64,000 nt of DNA from a virus. The notes below the pieces were generated by a model. That model was not told the origin of the DNA and did no database searches. It worked only from the letters and a program-made list of their open reading frames with translations. A program made the position numbers and the translations under genes. The stretch is taken from IMG/VR virus record IMGVR_UViG_3300029199_000002, one strand, 5' to 3'. The stretch's first letter is position 1. Each line of letters begins with the position of its first letter. Positions 35,444 through 46,596 of the stretch are shown one piece after another.

Positions 35444-38400
35444 ATCGCACTCAGCTTCCCTAGTTGTACGCGCAGGACGTTATTGGCGTCATACACGCTG
35501 ATAGCTGTGTTGGTCTGAACCAACCTACCCTGCCCGGGGGCAGATCCATTCATCTCGAACTGTCCTGACTTGGTAAGAGCCCAGCCGGTCTGCCCCATCA
35601 CATAGTTGTCCGACTGCAGGGCTCCGCTGATCTTTGCCATCGTGATTGACGCCTCACGGATCAAAGCGTCCCGTATGACGGTCTGCCCATTTACTACCGC
35701 GAACGCCAGCGTGTACGTGCCGCCGACCGGGTTGTAGACGTAAAATCTGTCAGCTATCGCCCCGATCTCGGCAACTTCGTTGTCGACAGAAATGCCGAAC
35801 ACAGCTTTCTTCCCGTTCACCGTCGCGGTAGTGACGGCGCGGGCAACTGCTCCGTCCGCGTATGCTTGCGTCGAGTAGGTTTGACTTACGCTGGCGAACT
35901 GCCCATTCATGGAGGCTTCGAGGCCCGTGACCGTAGAGGCCAGAGCCTCATCAGCTGTTGCCCTCGCCGTCTCTTCAGCCGTGATCCTGGCGTTCACGGA
36001 CCCCGTCTCGCCCTGAACCTCAGATTCGATCGTGGTCAGCCTCGAGGCCAATGCCTGATCTGCGCTAGAGAGAGCGACAAGGTCAGCGGTTATGGCGGCC
36101 TTGTTGGCGTCGTAGTCGGCCTTAATGGTGTCAATGCGTCCGGATATCGCTTGGTCCGAGGTTACCCTTGCCAGCTCCTCTCCTGACACTCGTGCAGTTG
36201 CCAGCTCCGAGGACGCCTGGACGGCTGAGTGTTTTATCGCCAGCAGGTCGTCTGCGTACTGTAGATCAGTAATGCCATCCTCGACCAAGACAATGCGTGG
36301 AATCATTCCCCCTACTGCATCTCGCGCTGCCACTGCCTCGGCTACCGCCTCGTCAGCCTTGGTCTTAGCCTCCTCGATACCGGGGGTGACCGAATTGACC
36401 ATCTCGTCGAACAGCCCGCCAGGCCTGCGGATGTCCTCGTCAAGTGCGGTGAAGATATCATCGAAATTGTTCAGTGTGGTGGCCTGTACAGGGAACCACG
36501 CTGACACACCGTAAACATTCGAGCCCCGTACGTAGTAGTAATACTGCGTGTCAGGCTTCAGGCCTACGTCTACAAGGTCAGTAGATACGCTGAGGAGTAA
36601 CGCATTTGCCTCAATGTGGACGTCGTCAAGTGGTGCTTCACTCCTCCAGAACTCGTATACCGCGCCTGGGTAAGCACCTCTAGGTATCAGCGATACGCTG
36701 AACGTAGCAACTGATACGTCTACGCGGTCCGGCATAACCGGCAGTAGTAGCGTGGCCAGGTTTATCGTCCTTGCCACCCACAGAGATGCTCCTCCCATGG
36801 TTGACACAGCGCGCAGCCGGAACATCCACTGCCCGCCGTCTACGTCCAACTCATCGTGTGACGTGGCGGAGCCAGAGTAAGCTGTGCGGAAGGCGACGTC
36901 ATTAGGCCCTCGTACCTCCAAAACATACTGACTCACCCGGACGTCTGGGGACGCTTTCCAGCTGACTGTGAGCCCCTGGTGCTCTGTGCCGCCAGCCAGG
37001 TATTTGTAGACCACCGCGTTGAGATCACTAGGTGGAGAGATCGGCCCGGTAGGCAGGAAACTGGTAGGAGTCTCAGGAAGTAGCAGATCGAGCTCAACCC
37101 TGTCGTACTTGGTTGGGTCATGCTCGGTGGCGGTGATAGTGTATTCGAGGCGTTCCGGGTCCTCGTCATTCGACACTACGCGGTAGATTGGCAGGTTGAC
37201 CGAAAGACTAGATAGAACCCATACGGCACCCCTCAGAGGCAAGGTGCTGAATGGAGTCAGAAGGTTTACTGAGTTGCCATCGAAGGACAGCACTTGCCGC
37301 CTGGCAATGGCCCCTGTGGGCATGGTCACACTGAGGAACCAAGTGTCAGTGGACGTCTGCTCAGGTACGTCGTCTAGAGTAACCCTGTTCAGGTCCGCTT
37401 CAATGACTCGTCCGCCCATACGGGCGCCGGCAGCGTCCGGATCTGAGACTGTGATGTGATCACCGGGTCTCAGATCGGCGTGGTCTACCGATGCCTTGTA
37501 GGTGAGGGTCTGTGTCTCCTTGCGCTCGGAGTACAGTATCCACTTGCCGAGGCGACGGGCTTGCCCCCGAGAAGCGCTGCCGAGCGCAGTAACCTGGGTC
37601 TCCCGCCATCCGAAAAGGTCAATACTTTCTGCGTCTTCTACAAATTCAGGCTTGGCCTTGTAGTTGTCCTCTGGGTCATTCCACATGACGATGGCGACAG
37701 AGTGCCGCTCGCGCAGGGAGGTTCCACTGTATTCAAACTCACCGCCGATCACGTTAGCTGGAGTGACGAGCTTCACTGGGTCGGCGGGCATGTCGGCTAC
37801 AGGCATGAGGGTGTCTGACCCCCAGTAACACATACCACGGAACACGGAGGCCAGGTTGGCCAGCACCGTGATTGCCTCCTCACGCTCGCCAAACAAGGTG
37901 TTGATGGTGAAGCGAGGCTCCATGCCTCCGTAGCCATCTGGTACGAGCTCGTCGCAATATTGGGATATCTGGTACAGCGCCCACTTATCTACGTTCTCTA
38001 CGTCGGCGCCGATTGTAGGGTGCGTGGCCAGGTCGTAAAAAGCCCAGGCAGGGTTGTCCGTCCACGACTGCTTGAATGTGCCGTCCCACAGCCCGGTGTA
38101 TTCGCGGGTTCGGGGGTTGTAGTTGCTCGGCACACTGATGATGCTGAGCTCCACGTCGTAGGAACGCGAAGGCATCTGGGCGCCGAACAGAGCAGAGTCG
38201 ACCTCGATACCGACCAGGGCGCTATCCGGATAACTCAGCTTGGCGTCGATGACCTCAGTAGTCGTCGTCCAAACCAGGGCGTCGGAGACCTCTGTGGTTT
38301 CGCTCTCCTTTCCGAGTCTGCGGACCCTTAGATCAAAGGGTCCGTCACCGGAAAGATTTACTCGGTATGTCCGCTGGTAAGGGGACATCGTCTTTCCGCT

Positions 38401-38904
38401 AATAGTGTCGCTTACCGCGGTGCTCCACTGACCCGTGCCGGACTTGGCGTCAATGGCGAACCCGACAGAGTGCGGTTTGATGTCGCCAGTCTTCTTGTCA
38501 GATCTGCTAAGCGCCTGCACCTGAATCGTGACAAGCGCAGCGTCTGCCTCGTTGTTGGTGATCGAGCGTACAACGGGATCATCGAACTTGATGGCACTGC
38601 CAACCTCTACCGTGTTCTCGACGGAGGGAAATCCTTCAATGTAGTCCTGGTCCGGGTAGCCGTTACGGGTGTGAATAACCACACCTTCGAAGTTGAAGGT
38701 GCCATCAGAGTTCTGCAGAGGAGTGTCATCGAGGTAGATGGACTTCATCCCGTCTACCAAACCACTGATCGGACCATGGGCGATGAGGTCTAGGATTCTG
38801 CCCTTGGCCGCGCTTCGCAGTGTGTTTGGAGACTCTACAGGCGTACGCTGCTTCTTTGACCCGCCGCCGCCACCGGCACCTTCGATTACTGGGGAGGTGG
38901 TCAT
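35440..38904 (-). CDS. central tail fibre / host specificity protein J (lambda-like)
   Basis: GAGGGG.K..RTPVE.P..L.S, WTDNPAW..YDL, FN3-like repeats, C-terminal I..A.I..A.I and LRV.LG. Confidence 0.92.
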   Translation of the reverse strand: MTTSPVIEGAGGGGGSKKQRTPVESPNTLRSAAKGRILDLIAHGPISGLVDGMKSIYLDDTPLQNSDGTFNFEGVVIHTRNGYPDQDYIEGFPSVENTVEVGSAIKFDDPVVRSITNNEADAALVTIQVQALSRSDKKTGDIKPHSVGFAIDAKSGTGQWSTAVSDTISGKTMSPYQRTYRVNLSGDGPFDLRVRRLGKESETTEVSDALVWTTTTEVIDAKLSYPDSALVGIEVDSALFGAQMPSRSYDVELSIISVPSNYNPRTREYTGLWDGTFKQSWTDNPAWAFYDLATHPTIGADVENVDKWALYQISQYCDELVPDGYGGMEPRFTINTLFGEREEAITVLANLASVFRGMCYWGSDTLMPVADMPADPVKLVTPANVIGGEFEYSGTSLRERHSVAIVMWNDPEDNYKAKPEFVEDAESIDLFGWRETQVTALGSASRGQARRLGKWILYSERKETQTLTYKASVDHADLRPGDHITVSDPDAAGARMGGRVIEADLNRVTLDDVPEQTSTDTWFLSVTMPTGAIARRQVLSFDGNSVNLLTPFSTLPLRGAVWVLSSLSVNLPIYRVVSNDEDPERLEYTITATEHDPTKYDRVELDLLLPETPTSFLPTGPISPPSDLNAVVYKYLAGGTEHQGLTVSWKASPDVRVSQYVLEVRGPNDVAFRTAYSGSATSHDELDVDGGQWMFRLRAVSTMGGASLWVARTINLATLLLPVMPDRVDVSVATFSVSLIPRGAYPGAVYEFWRSEAPLDDVHIEANALLLSVSTDLVDVGLKPDTQYYYYVRGSNVYGVSAWFPVQATTLNNFDDIFTALDEDIRRPGGLFDEMVNSVTPGIEEAKTKADEAVAEAVAARDAVGGMIPRIVLVEDGITDLQYADDLLAIKHSAVQASSELATARVSGEELARVTSDQAISGRIDTIKADYDANKAAITADLVALSSADQALASRLTTIESEVQGETGSVNARITAEETARATADEALASTVTGLEASMNGQFASVSQTYSTQAYADGAVARAVTTATVNGKKAVFGISVDNEVAEIGAIADRFYVYNPVGGTYTLAFAVVNGQTVIRDALIREASITMAKISGALQSDNYVMGQTGWALTKSGQFEMNGSAPGQGRLVQTNTAISVYDANNVLRVQLGKLSAI

Positions 38905-39479
38905 CCGGTGTACTCCTCCGCGAACAGCCCGCCGCTCACTACAATGCTGCCTACGAGCACCCTACCGTAGCCGCGGGGGACCGCCACGCCTTGTTTGGAT
39001 TGGTTGGTGGGGCCGTTGAACAGATAAGAGGCTCGCTCATCGGCTCCGCCCTTGGTCGAGTCGTCAACGCCTGGGATCTTCGTCGTCACCTGGACGATAC
39101 CTCCGACTGCCATGCCTGCCCCGCCTGCGATCATGGCCATGCCCATGGTCGAGGTGGAGCCGAACGTGAAGTAGCCAACGACGATCAAAATGATCCCGAC
39201 GATTATGTTGGTCCAGCCGTTGTTAGCCCCCTCAATTGCCGGGATGATGTGAACCTCTTGGTAGTTGCCAAGCGTCACAGTCAGTCCGTCCTCGTCGGAC
39301 TCGTCGCGCCCTTCCAGAGGGCCTCTGACTACGTGCCAGTTACCCTGTTTGATGGCCTCTGAGAACCCAGCCACCTGGACGCCTATAGCCTTTACAGCTT
39401 CCGCCGGCGTGTCGACGTCAAGGGTGTAGGTCTTACCGAACCGATCGCCCAGGTACCCATGCAGGTGGATAGTCTTCAA
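38901..39479 (-). CDS. tail assembly protein I
   Basis: IHLHG.LG..FG, IHIIP.IEG, SYLF.GP.N...QG..VP..YG; TTG start overlapping K stop. Confidence 0.88.
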   Translation of the reverse strand: MKTIHLHGYLGDRFGKTYTLDVDTPAEAVKAIGVQVAGFSEAIKQGNWHVVRGPLEGRDESDEDGLTVTLGNYQEVHIIPAIEGANNGWTNIIVGIILIVVGYFTFGSTSTMGMAMIAGGAGMAVGGIVQVTTKIPGVDDSTKGGADERASYLFNGPTNQSKQGVAVPRGYGRVLVGSIVVSGGLFAEEYTG

Positions 39480-40189
39480 CCGGTGTACCTCAGCCAATGA
39501 GTGATGTACCGCTGGTAGCGGAAGATCGGCTCGCGCACCGACAGCCTTGAGTCGTCGACTGGGTTGCGAGAACAAACCTGGTGTAGGGCCAGAGAATCTT
39601 CTAGGAGGATTCCGCAGTGACAGGCGACGTCGCTGGCGATCTGTGCGAGCCACACGTCACCTGGCTCGGCTTCGCTGGCATCGATCCGAGTAAATCCGGC
39701 CAACGGGAATCCCTCTACCAGCAGGTTCTGGTCTTTCCACCACTCCCAGTCGCGTGGAAACTCCAGGAGGTCCACGCCTTTTTCCTCTTCGTAGTAGTCT
39801 CGAATCAGCGAGTAACAGTCGGAGATGCCGTGGCGGAATTGGCGGCCTACCAGGGGCTGCTTGGGGGTGCCATTTCCCCACCAGGCAATCCTGGTGGCAT
39901 CTACTCCGTCCGTGCCGACAATTCCCCATGGCACCGCCGTGTTGATCTGGGACTGCATGTCTGAGGCGGAAGGCGCGGCGATGTTGCTGGGGTGGCTGTG
40001 CACTACTGCCAGTAGTCCGCGGGCCATAGCGTACCGGCTGTCAGCCTCGCTGATAGAGAAGAAGTTCTCCGGGTCCTCATGGATGTTTTCGACATGCCTG
40101 CAGCCATCCTCAGTTATCAGCCAGACCGCTTCCAAGGGGTACGCTTCAATAGCCTGCTGGCGGATATGTGACTCATATTGCTCGAACAT
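39476..40189 (-). CDS. tail assembly protein K (JAB/MPN + NlpC/P60)
   Basis: VVHSHP...PSASD; GRQFRHG..DCY.LIRDYY. Confidence 0.92.
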   Translation of the reverse strand: MFEQYESHIRQQAIEAYPLEAVWLITEDGCRHVENIHEDPENFFSISEADSRYAMARGLLAVVHSHPSNIAAPSASDMQSQINTAVPWGIVGTDGVDATRIAWWGNGTPKQPLVGRQFRHGISDCYSLIRDYYEEEKGVDLLEFPRDWEWWKDQNLLVEGFPLAGFTRIDASEAEPGDVWLAQIASDVACHCGILLEDSLALHQVCSRNPVDDSRLSVREPIFRYQRYITHWLRYTG

Positions 40190-40191
40190 GC

Positions 40192-40896
40192 TTACATCCT
40201 CCCCACGCCTGGGTAACCGTAGAAAGGGAGCACCGCGTTACTACCGAAGTGTTTTTTGCAGTCTGAAACACGCTTACCACAGCGTGCTTCGAGAGGGTTG
40301 CTGGTGAGCTCCCCGTTTGCTTTGAACATCTGAGCAGCGCTGTAGGGGCATGTGACGCCGGCGTAATTCCACCTGCCATTTGCCCAGTATCGAAACCTGT
40401 GAGTGCAGGAGTCCCGAAGGACTTGTCGGTTTGGAATCATCCGGCCTTGCTGGTCCATTTTTGCGGAAAGCTCGAACTGGATTTGGGTGCGCTTCTGAGA
40501 TGTCTTCTTCTCAACCACATAATGGTCGGGCGGGAACATCGCCTCCGGGTTCGGGCTGCTGCCGTCATCGAGGTACTTTCTGTAGGTCCTGATGCGCTTC
40601 ACAGGGCAGCCGACTAGGTCGTCAGCGCTGACCACTAGACTGATGAATACCAAGTCCTTGGACGCCATGGTCAGAGTGGGCCTGGGAATAGTTCCTGAGC
40701 TATTCCAGGCGAATCCATCAGCTTTGATGGGTAGCGGGGTGTATTCGACACCCCCGAAAATCGGCCCATGCCCATCAACCACAGAGTTTGAAAAGCGGAG
40801 AATCCCACTACCAAATCGCTGGGCGTCCAGCTCGAACAGCGTTACGATCGCGTCTTGTTCGAGAAGCTGAATGTCGGAGGCGATTAGGTCACTCAT
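40192..40896 (-). CDS. minor tail protein L
   Basis: LFELD, Y.PLPI..GF, RPTL, C...Y...C..C...S.C..HFG, FYGYPG. Confidence 0.92.
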   Translation of the reverse strand: MSDLIASDIQLLEQDAIVTLFELDAQRFGSGILRFSNSVVDGHGPIFGGVEYTPLPIKADGFAWNSSGTIPRPTLTMASKDLVFISLVVSADDLVGCPVKRIRTYRKYLDDGSSPNPEAMFPPDHYVVEKKTSQKRTQIQFELSAKMDQQGRMIPNRQVLRDSCTHRFRYWANGRWNYAGVTCPYSAAQMFKANGELTSNPLEARCGKRVSDCKKHFGSNAVLPFYGYPGVGRM

Positions 40897-40969
40897 GGCA
40901 TCACTGCTGACAGGTTACTGAGCCGTCAAGGTACTCTAAACCCGTATTTATGTAAATACAGGTTTCTGG

Positions 40970-41323
40970 TTAAAGCGGGTTGAAGTCCTTTTCGAAGGAG
41001 GCTTTGAGTAGATAGTCGTTGACGTCGTTATAGACCAGACCTACTGACTTGCAGACGACCTGGTGGACATCTCCGCTAATAGGATGGGTCCAGAGGAACG
41101 CCCTGAGAGACTTCCTGGCGCGAAGCCATTGGTAGGTGGACTCTGCTGTCACCTTATCCAGTGACGACCACGACAAGCTCCACTTGTCGCGGATGTGGTT
41201 TACTCCTGCCGGCTGACGAAGGGTATACCCGTCCCCGAACCGGACCTCTGTGACGCTGACGTCTGGCTCGTCCTCGGAGAAACCCCAGTCAGGGGTGTCT
41301 AGGTCAGGGAACTTTTCCATCAT
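40970..41323 (-). CDS. minor tail protein M (distal tail)
   Basis: V...RFGDGY..R...G.N, W.LSW, AFLWT.P. Confidence 0.9.
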   Translation of the reverse strand: MMEKFPDLDTPDWGFSEDEPDVSVTEVRFGDGYTLRQPAGVNHIRDKWSLSWSSLDKVTAESTYQWLRARKSLRAFLWTHPISGDVHQVVCKSVGLVYNDVNDYLLKASFEKDFNPL

Positions 41324-44300
41324 GCTCTCCTTTGTGATTTGATCCAGGTGTCAAGAGTGCCCCCAGGGCGAGTCTGTTCTTTCATCGTGGCGACGACGAT
41401 GTTCTGGAGGGTTTTGCCTAGCTCCCGGGCCTTGCTTGCTTCATCGGCACCATTCCCCTCACCTCCTTCGCCCTGCTGGACGGTTATTTGAGGGGCCAGG
41501 GTGATGTTGTACTCCGCACTGCCTGACAGCTTCTTCGCCGACTTCTCCCGGCTGGTGACGTTGGCCGGACCATGAACGATCTCAGGGCCGTATTCGCCGA
41601 CGATGCCGTAGGAGTTGTAAGGGATGAAGCCGCCGTCGTCGTAGGCGCCGGATGAAGAACCGCCAGGCTTGGCTCCTGACATCTCGGCGATAGCCAACCC
41701 GCCAACCAGTGCGGCGGAAGCGTAACCCTGTGCGGTGATAAAGGTAGCCAAGCTCATGCCCAGCACCTTGGTGGTGTCCCCTGGGATCGCCATAGCCTGT
41801 GCAGCTGCCAGATGGGTGTACATGAGGATCTGCGCAATTGCTAATGCCTTCTGGGCTACAAAGGCAGCTTTCTGCGCGTTGGTGGAATCTTCCCCGACGC
41901 TGGCGAACATACCGAGGATGTTCTCAGCTGTCCCAAGCATCGAGATCATTGCCATCTTGCCCATCTGCTCGCTGTAGGCGGCCCGGTCTGCATCAAGCTT
42001 CATGCTGGCCCTGCCGAACTGATCATGAGCTGCCAGCAGCGCAGTGTTCTTTTCTTGCTCTAGTGCCTTCAGGCGTTCTGCGTGCTCCTGTTGTTGTAGA
42101 AGCTCGGCGTCTAAGGCTGCCTGCCTGACCTCAAACTCACGATTAATACGGTCAGTGTCGTTCTCGTACCCGGTGAAAAGGTCATCCTTGCGTTTACCAA
42201 ACTGGCCGAGCCCCTGCGCACGCTCAATCTCGGTACCCATCCAGTCGCTGAATGGGCTCGAGGACGCATCCCCCATCTGCAGGTTCGCAGTAGGCAGGCC
42301 ACTGGTAGCCTCGCTCACTGCGCGCTCGCTGATCGTGTCCTTGATCCGCTTGTACTCGGCCAACGAAACATTGTTCGCTTTCAACAGTCGGTTCAGCTCG
42401 ACCATGTCGTCGAGGGTGGAAGAGAATGGAGAGTCCAGGTACGAATCGCGGAGATTCTCCAGCGACTGGTAGTTCTTGTTCTGTTCGATCGCCAGCTCGT
42501 AGTGTGCCTTGCGGAGGTGCCAGATCGCCTGAGCCTTCTCCTCTGCGGTGATCTTGCCGCGCTTGTGCAGCAGGTTCAGCTGCCCGGTCTTTTCGTTGAC
42601 GTCGTCCATCGAGGCGCTAAGCGGGTCGAACTGTTTGTACAGGGCGTCGTAGGTTGACTTAGCAGCTTTCAGGTCTTTGGACAGCTGAGACTCTGTGGAA
42701 CTACTCTTCTTGGGTTTATTTAGCCGCTCCTCTATGCCTTGGATGGCTTGAAGAAGGCGCAGCTCTTCCTTCAGCCTGTCAGCTTCCTTAACGGACGCCT
42801 CGGCTCCTAGTGACCCGCCTTCGGCGATCAGAGAGTTGTTGATCACCCTCATCAGCATGATGTCGGCGAGGTCTTCCTTCAGAACCGCCAGGTTCTCGAT
42901 GTCGGTGCGGTGGAAGTCCTCCAACGCTCTTCGGGCTTCCTCCAGCGTCTGGGCCTCTTTCTCAGCTTCCGCCTGGAGTTCCGCAATGAGCGTCACCGCC
43001 TCAGCTCGTTTGCTGTTAAGGCGGTTGTATTCGGTCTGGCCTGGGCGGTTTTCAAGGTTCCCGGACTCGATAGCTTTGGCGTCCAGAGTCTCCATGGCTC
43101 TGAGCTCGGCCTCCACCCTAACCAATTCCCCTCGAGCACTGGCCAGCTTCTGCGTTGCGCTAGCTGACTTCTCAAGTTGTTTGGCCAGCGCCTCCTGGTC
43201 CTGAGCGGCTGCGTCCCTCTTCGCAATGTCTGCCAGGGCTACCAGGTTTCTGGACACTTGGACAGCCTGGGTAGTTACAGAGACCGATGCGGCGACCGCG
43301 GCCTGCCATTCTTCCTTGGCTTTTTCCAGGTTGGCAGAGTCTGCAGAGGTGACGGAGCTCGAAGCCATTCTCGCGTCAAAGGTGCTCTTCGCCTCAAGGT
43401 ATTGCTGGTAGGTCGTAGCCACTCGCTCAGCCGCTGCAACCTGGTCTTCCATAGCCTTAACGGAGTCATAGGCTGTGGCGCCCATTTCCTCCAGCTTCTT
43501 GTTGGTGGCGTCGATATGGGAGTTGAAAGTCGATATGCGCAGGTTGTTTGAGTCAAGGGTGACTTGTAGGGACTTGCGAGTTTGTTCATCCAACCCAGAG
43601 GCATCATCCGCCAGCGCACCACTGATGCGTGAATTCATACCCTGCAGTTCTGTTACGCTGGCCTGGTCGGCTTTCACGTTCTCGCGGAGGGCTTGCTTCT
43701 CCTTCTCCAGCGAGACCTGCTTCATCGCGTCCTTGAGGTTCTCGTAACTGGATTTCAGTGCATCAGTTTCGGTTCTTTGATCGATGATGTCCTGGCGCGC
43801 ATCGTCGCCGAACGCGGCCTTACCTGCCTCGTAGATGCCCCATACCAGCCCCGCCCACCCAAGTGCTTTGGACAGCGCTGACATAGCTACAGAGAGTCCC
43901 GCGACGGCGTTCCTGGCACCTATGGCGGAGCCTGTAGTAAGTGCCAGTGTCGTGTTCAGCGGGTGAAGGGCAGCGTTCTTAGCTCTCGCTGCAACTGTGC
44001 TGGCAGCAAGGGTGTAGTTGTACCCTTTCAGGCCGACTACGGTCTCGGCCATTCTAGTACGCAGTACGCCAGATATCTGACCAAGCCTGGTCATGTCAGA
44101 CGCCAGCGCACCGAACAGGTTGCCGGCGACAGCCACGGCCTTCAGGGCAGCGAACCCACCTACTACATATCCGATGACCTGTGCCAGATTCTCAGCGCGC
44201 TGGAGGACTAGGTCCAGCTGGGAGATGGTCGAGCCGTCAGCTAGCGTTTCAATCGGCTGGGTCAGTTCAACGAGCCAGGTTGCCAGACGCATCGACCCTT

Positions 44301-46593
44301 CTCGCATCCGGGTTTCATAGGCGTCGAAGGCAGTGATCTGCACTTCCTGGAAGGCTGAAACTACTTGGTTCCAGTCCTTGCTGAGAGTGTCTTCGATCTT
44401 TGAGCGCATACGCTCGGCGGCGCCGGCTACGTGGTCGAGCTGGTTTCTCAGGTTGACTAGGTTGTCAGACTGATCGATAAGGGCTGCGACAGGTGAGGTG
44501 GCGTAGACGCCGACTAGGTCCTGGATGGCTCCTAGGCGCTCTCCGCCGGATACGCCGGCCAGAGCCTTGTTCAGCTGTTTGACAATGTCTACCAGTCCGC
44601 GGGTCTTGCCCTCGGCGTCCAGTACGGATATCCCGTACTGCTCCATCATGTCTGCGCCCTTCTTGGTCGGGTTCAGTAGGCTGACGAACAGGCGTCGTAG
44701 TGCCGTGCCGGAGCGGGACGACTTGATGCCCGAGTTGGCCATGGCCTCAATGGCGGCGACGGTATCCCGCATCGAGATGCCAGCTGTCTGCGCTGCAGGG
44801 CCTGCGTAGGTCAGCGAGTTGGCCAACTGCTCGATAGTGGTGTTGGAGTTCGTGACTGCCGTGGCCATCACGTCTACGACCTCTGTGAGGTCAGACGCCG
44901 ACTTGCCGAACGTCATCATCACGTTGGTCGCGATATCGGCGGACTGCCCCATGCCGATGTTGCCTATCATGGCCAGATCGAGTGACGGGCGCAGAGCCAG
45001 TACAGCGTCCCCGGCAGAGAGTCCTGCCATACCCAACTCATTGAGGCCTTGAGCAACTTCAGAGGCGGTGAACGCGGTGCTCTGTCCAAGCGCCCGGACC
45101 TGCATCTCCATTGCTGCCATGCTGCCGGTGTCAGACATCCAGGCAGGATTGGAGGAGTTCATGATCGCCCCGGTCCGTGCCATTATTGCGCTGAACTCTG
45201 TGCCGACTTTGACCGAACTACGGAGGGCCGCTGCTACTGCGTAAGTGGACGACGCAGCGAGAATGGTGGCACTGGTGTACATACCTATGCTGGTGTGCAG
45301 GCCAGCAAGACCGGCCCGCATCATAGCCGCTGATTGAGAGCCGGCCACCTGAGAAGCGTTGAACCGGCGGGTGGCGTTTGTGAGGCCTAGCAGTTCAGCA
45401 GTGCTCAGAGCCAGTAGGCGGTTGTACCGCTCCTGGTCTGCAATGCTTTTCTTCGTCTGGGCTATTTCACGGCCATAGCTGCCTGCCAGGAGATCTTTCT
45501 GGGCCTTCAGGCGGGCTAGCCTGTCGATTTCCACCTGCCGGGCCTGGCTCAGTTCCTTTTGGGCCTTGCTCATGCCATGGGCAGAGCGCGCCTCGTCCAG
45601 TAGCGCCTCGGAGGCCCGCTTGTTGGCTTCTCTGGAGGCTTCTGCCCGTGCAGTTGCTTGGGCCTCCGCCTGCGTCATCCTGTGTAGGGCGTTCGCAGCT
45701 TCCTGGGTAGCTTGGTTCTTCGCCCGGTACACTGAGGCCTGCCGACTAGCTTTGGCGATGAGCTCAGCTTCTGCTTGTGACAGTAGGAGTGCAGACTGGC
45801 GTGCACGCTCATCCGACTGAATCTGCCGTCGACGTTCTGCGATCTGGCGCTGGATCAGCGTGATCTCCTGCTCCTGTCCTCCGTGTAGGCTGGCCAGCTG
45901 GCGTTCTAGGTCGTTCAGCTTGGCGCGGCGCTTCTCGTCCTCCTGTACTGCACGTCGGGTGGCGGACAGCCGCACCTCTGCGCTGGCCGCTGCTCGCCCC
46001 TCTGCCGTGTCGAGGTGGTGGATCGCGTTCTCAAGCTCAACTGTCTTGAGTCTGCGCTCCTGGTCGTGATTCAGGATGCGGCGGTTGGTAGCCAGCTTGG
46101 ACTTTAGCCGCTCATTGTACTGGCCCTCCGCCGTGAAGGCGGATTTGATCGACTGAACCAAGAAGCGGTTCTGGTTGGCCATCTCACCGCTAAGGTTCGC
46201 CGACCGGGCTGCCCATTTTACGTAACTGGACTTTGCTGATGAGTCCTTCAGCAGTCTCTCTAATTCCTTCAGTTCCCCGTTGTATGCCCTAGCCTGCGTA
46301 GTCAGCTTGAGGTTATCCATGGCTATGCCTTGGAAAAGCTGCTGTGCGGCCTGACGAGACCGTTTCATGGACTCGCCGGCAACCTCAGAGGACACCCCTA
46401 CCCGCTCAAGCGCCCGCTCTAGGTCTGAGTAGTGCTTGTGCATCTCCCTCATTAACTGTGCGGCAGCTCCTGCCGGCTTGCTGGAAGATGCCTGGACCTG
46501 GTCCAGAGCAGTTCCCAGGGCCTTAGTTTTGGCTTGGAACTCAGCCAGCTGCCGTAAGGCTTCTGAGAAATCTACGTCAAACTTAGCGGCCAT
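41320..46593 (-). CDS. tape measure protein (1757 aa)
   Basis: long helical Ala-rich protein with TP901-type core repeats, C-terminal GAYDDGG; position. Confidence 0.93.
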   Translation of the reverse strand: MAAKFDVDFSEALRQLAEFQAKTKALGTALDQVQASSSKPAGAAAQLMREMHKHYSDLERALERVGVSSEVAGESMKRSRQAAQQLFQGIAMDNLKLTTQARAYNGELKELERLLKDSSAKSSYVKWAARSANLSGEMANQNRFLVQSIKSAFTAEGQYNERLKSKLATNRRILNHDQERRLKTVELENAIHHLDTAEGRAAASAEVRLSATRRAVQEDEKRRAKLNDLERQLASLHGGQEQEITLIQRQIAERRRQIQSDERARQSALLLSQAEAELIAKASRQASVYRAKNQATQEAANALHRMTQAEAQATARAEASREANKRASEALLDEARSAHGMSKAQKELSQARQVEIDRLARLKAQKDLLAGSYGREIAQTKKSIADQERYNRLLALSTAELLGLTNATRRFNASQVAGSQSAAMMRAGLAGLHTSIGMYTSATILAASSTYAVAAALRSSVKVGTEFSAIMARTGAIMNSSNPAWMSDTGSMAAMEMQVRALGQSTAFTASEVAQGLNELGMAGLSAGDAVLALRPSLDLAMIGNIGMGQSADIATNVMMTFGKSASDLTEVVDVMATAVTNSNTTIEQLANSLTYAGPAAQTAGISMRDTVAAIEAMANSGIKSSRSGTALRRLFVSLLNPTKKGADMMEQYGISVLDAEGKTRGLVDIVKQLNKALAGVSGGERLGAIQDLVGVYATSPVAALIDQSDNLVNLRNQLDHVAGAAERMRSKIEDTLSKDWNQVVSAFQEVQITAFDAYETRMREGSMRLATWLVELTQPIETLADGSTISQLDLVLQRAENLAQVIGYVVGGFAALKAVAVAGNLFGALASDMTRLGQISGVLRTRMAETVVGLKGYNYTLAASTVAARAKNAALHPLNTTLALTTGSAIGARNAVAGLSVAMSALSKALGWAGLVWGIYEAGKAAFGDDARQDIIDQRTETDALKSSYENLKDAMKQVSLEKEKQALRENVKADQASVTELQGMNSRISGALADDASGLDEQTRKSLQVTLDSNNLRISTFNSHIDATNKKLEEMGATAYDSVKAMEDQVAAAERVATTYQQYLEAKSTFDARMASSSVTSADSANLEKAKEEWQAAVAASVSVTTQAVQVSRNLVALADIAKRDAAAQDQEALAKQLEKSASATQKLASARGELVRVEAELRAMETLDAKAIESGNLENRPGQTEYNRLNSKRAEAVTLIAELQAEAEKEAQTLEEARRALEDFHRTDIENLAVLKEDLADIMLMRVINNSLIAEGGSLGAEASVKEADRLKEELRLLQAIQGIEERLNKPKKSSSTESQLSKDLKAAKSTYDALYKQFDPLSASMDDVNEKTGQLNLLHKRGKITAEEKAQAIWHLRKAHYELAIEQNKNYQSLENLRDSYLDSPFSSTLDDMVELNRLLKANNVSLAEYKRIKDTISERAVSEATSGLPTANLQMGDASSSPFSDWMGTEIERAQGLGQFGKRKDDLFTGYENDTDRINREFEVRQAALDAELLQQQEHAERLKALEQEKNTALLAAHDQFGRASMKLDADRAAYSEQMGKMAMISMLGTAENILGMFASVGEDSTNAQKAAFVAQKALAIAQILMYTHLAAAQAMAIPGDTTKVLGMSLATFITAQGYASAALVGGLAIAEMSGAKPGGSSSGAYDDGGFIPYNSYGIVGEYGPEIVHGPANVTSREKSAKKLSGSAEYNITLAPQITVQQGEGGEGNGADEASKARELGKTLQNIVVATMKEQTRPGGTLDTWIKSQRRA

Positions 46594-46596
46594 CTG

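Noticed and set aside
30890-38904. Diversity-generating retroelement or invertible tail cassette
   Set aside because: No reverse transcriptase, no template/variable repeat pair and no invertase seen in the window.
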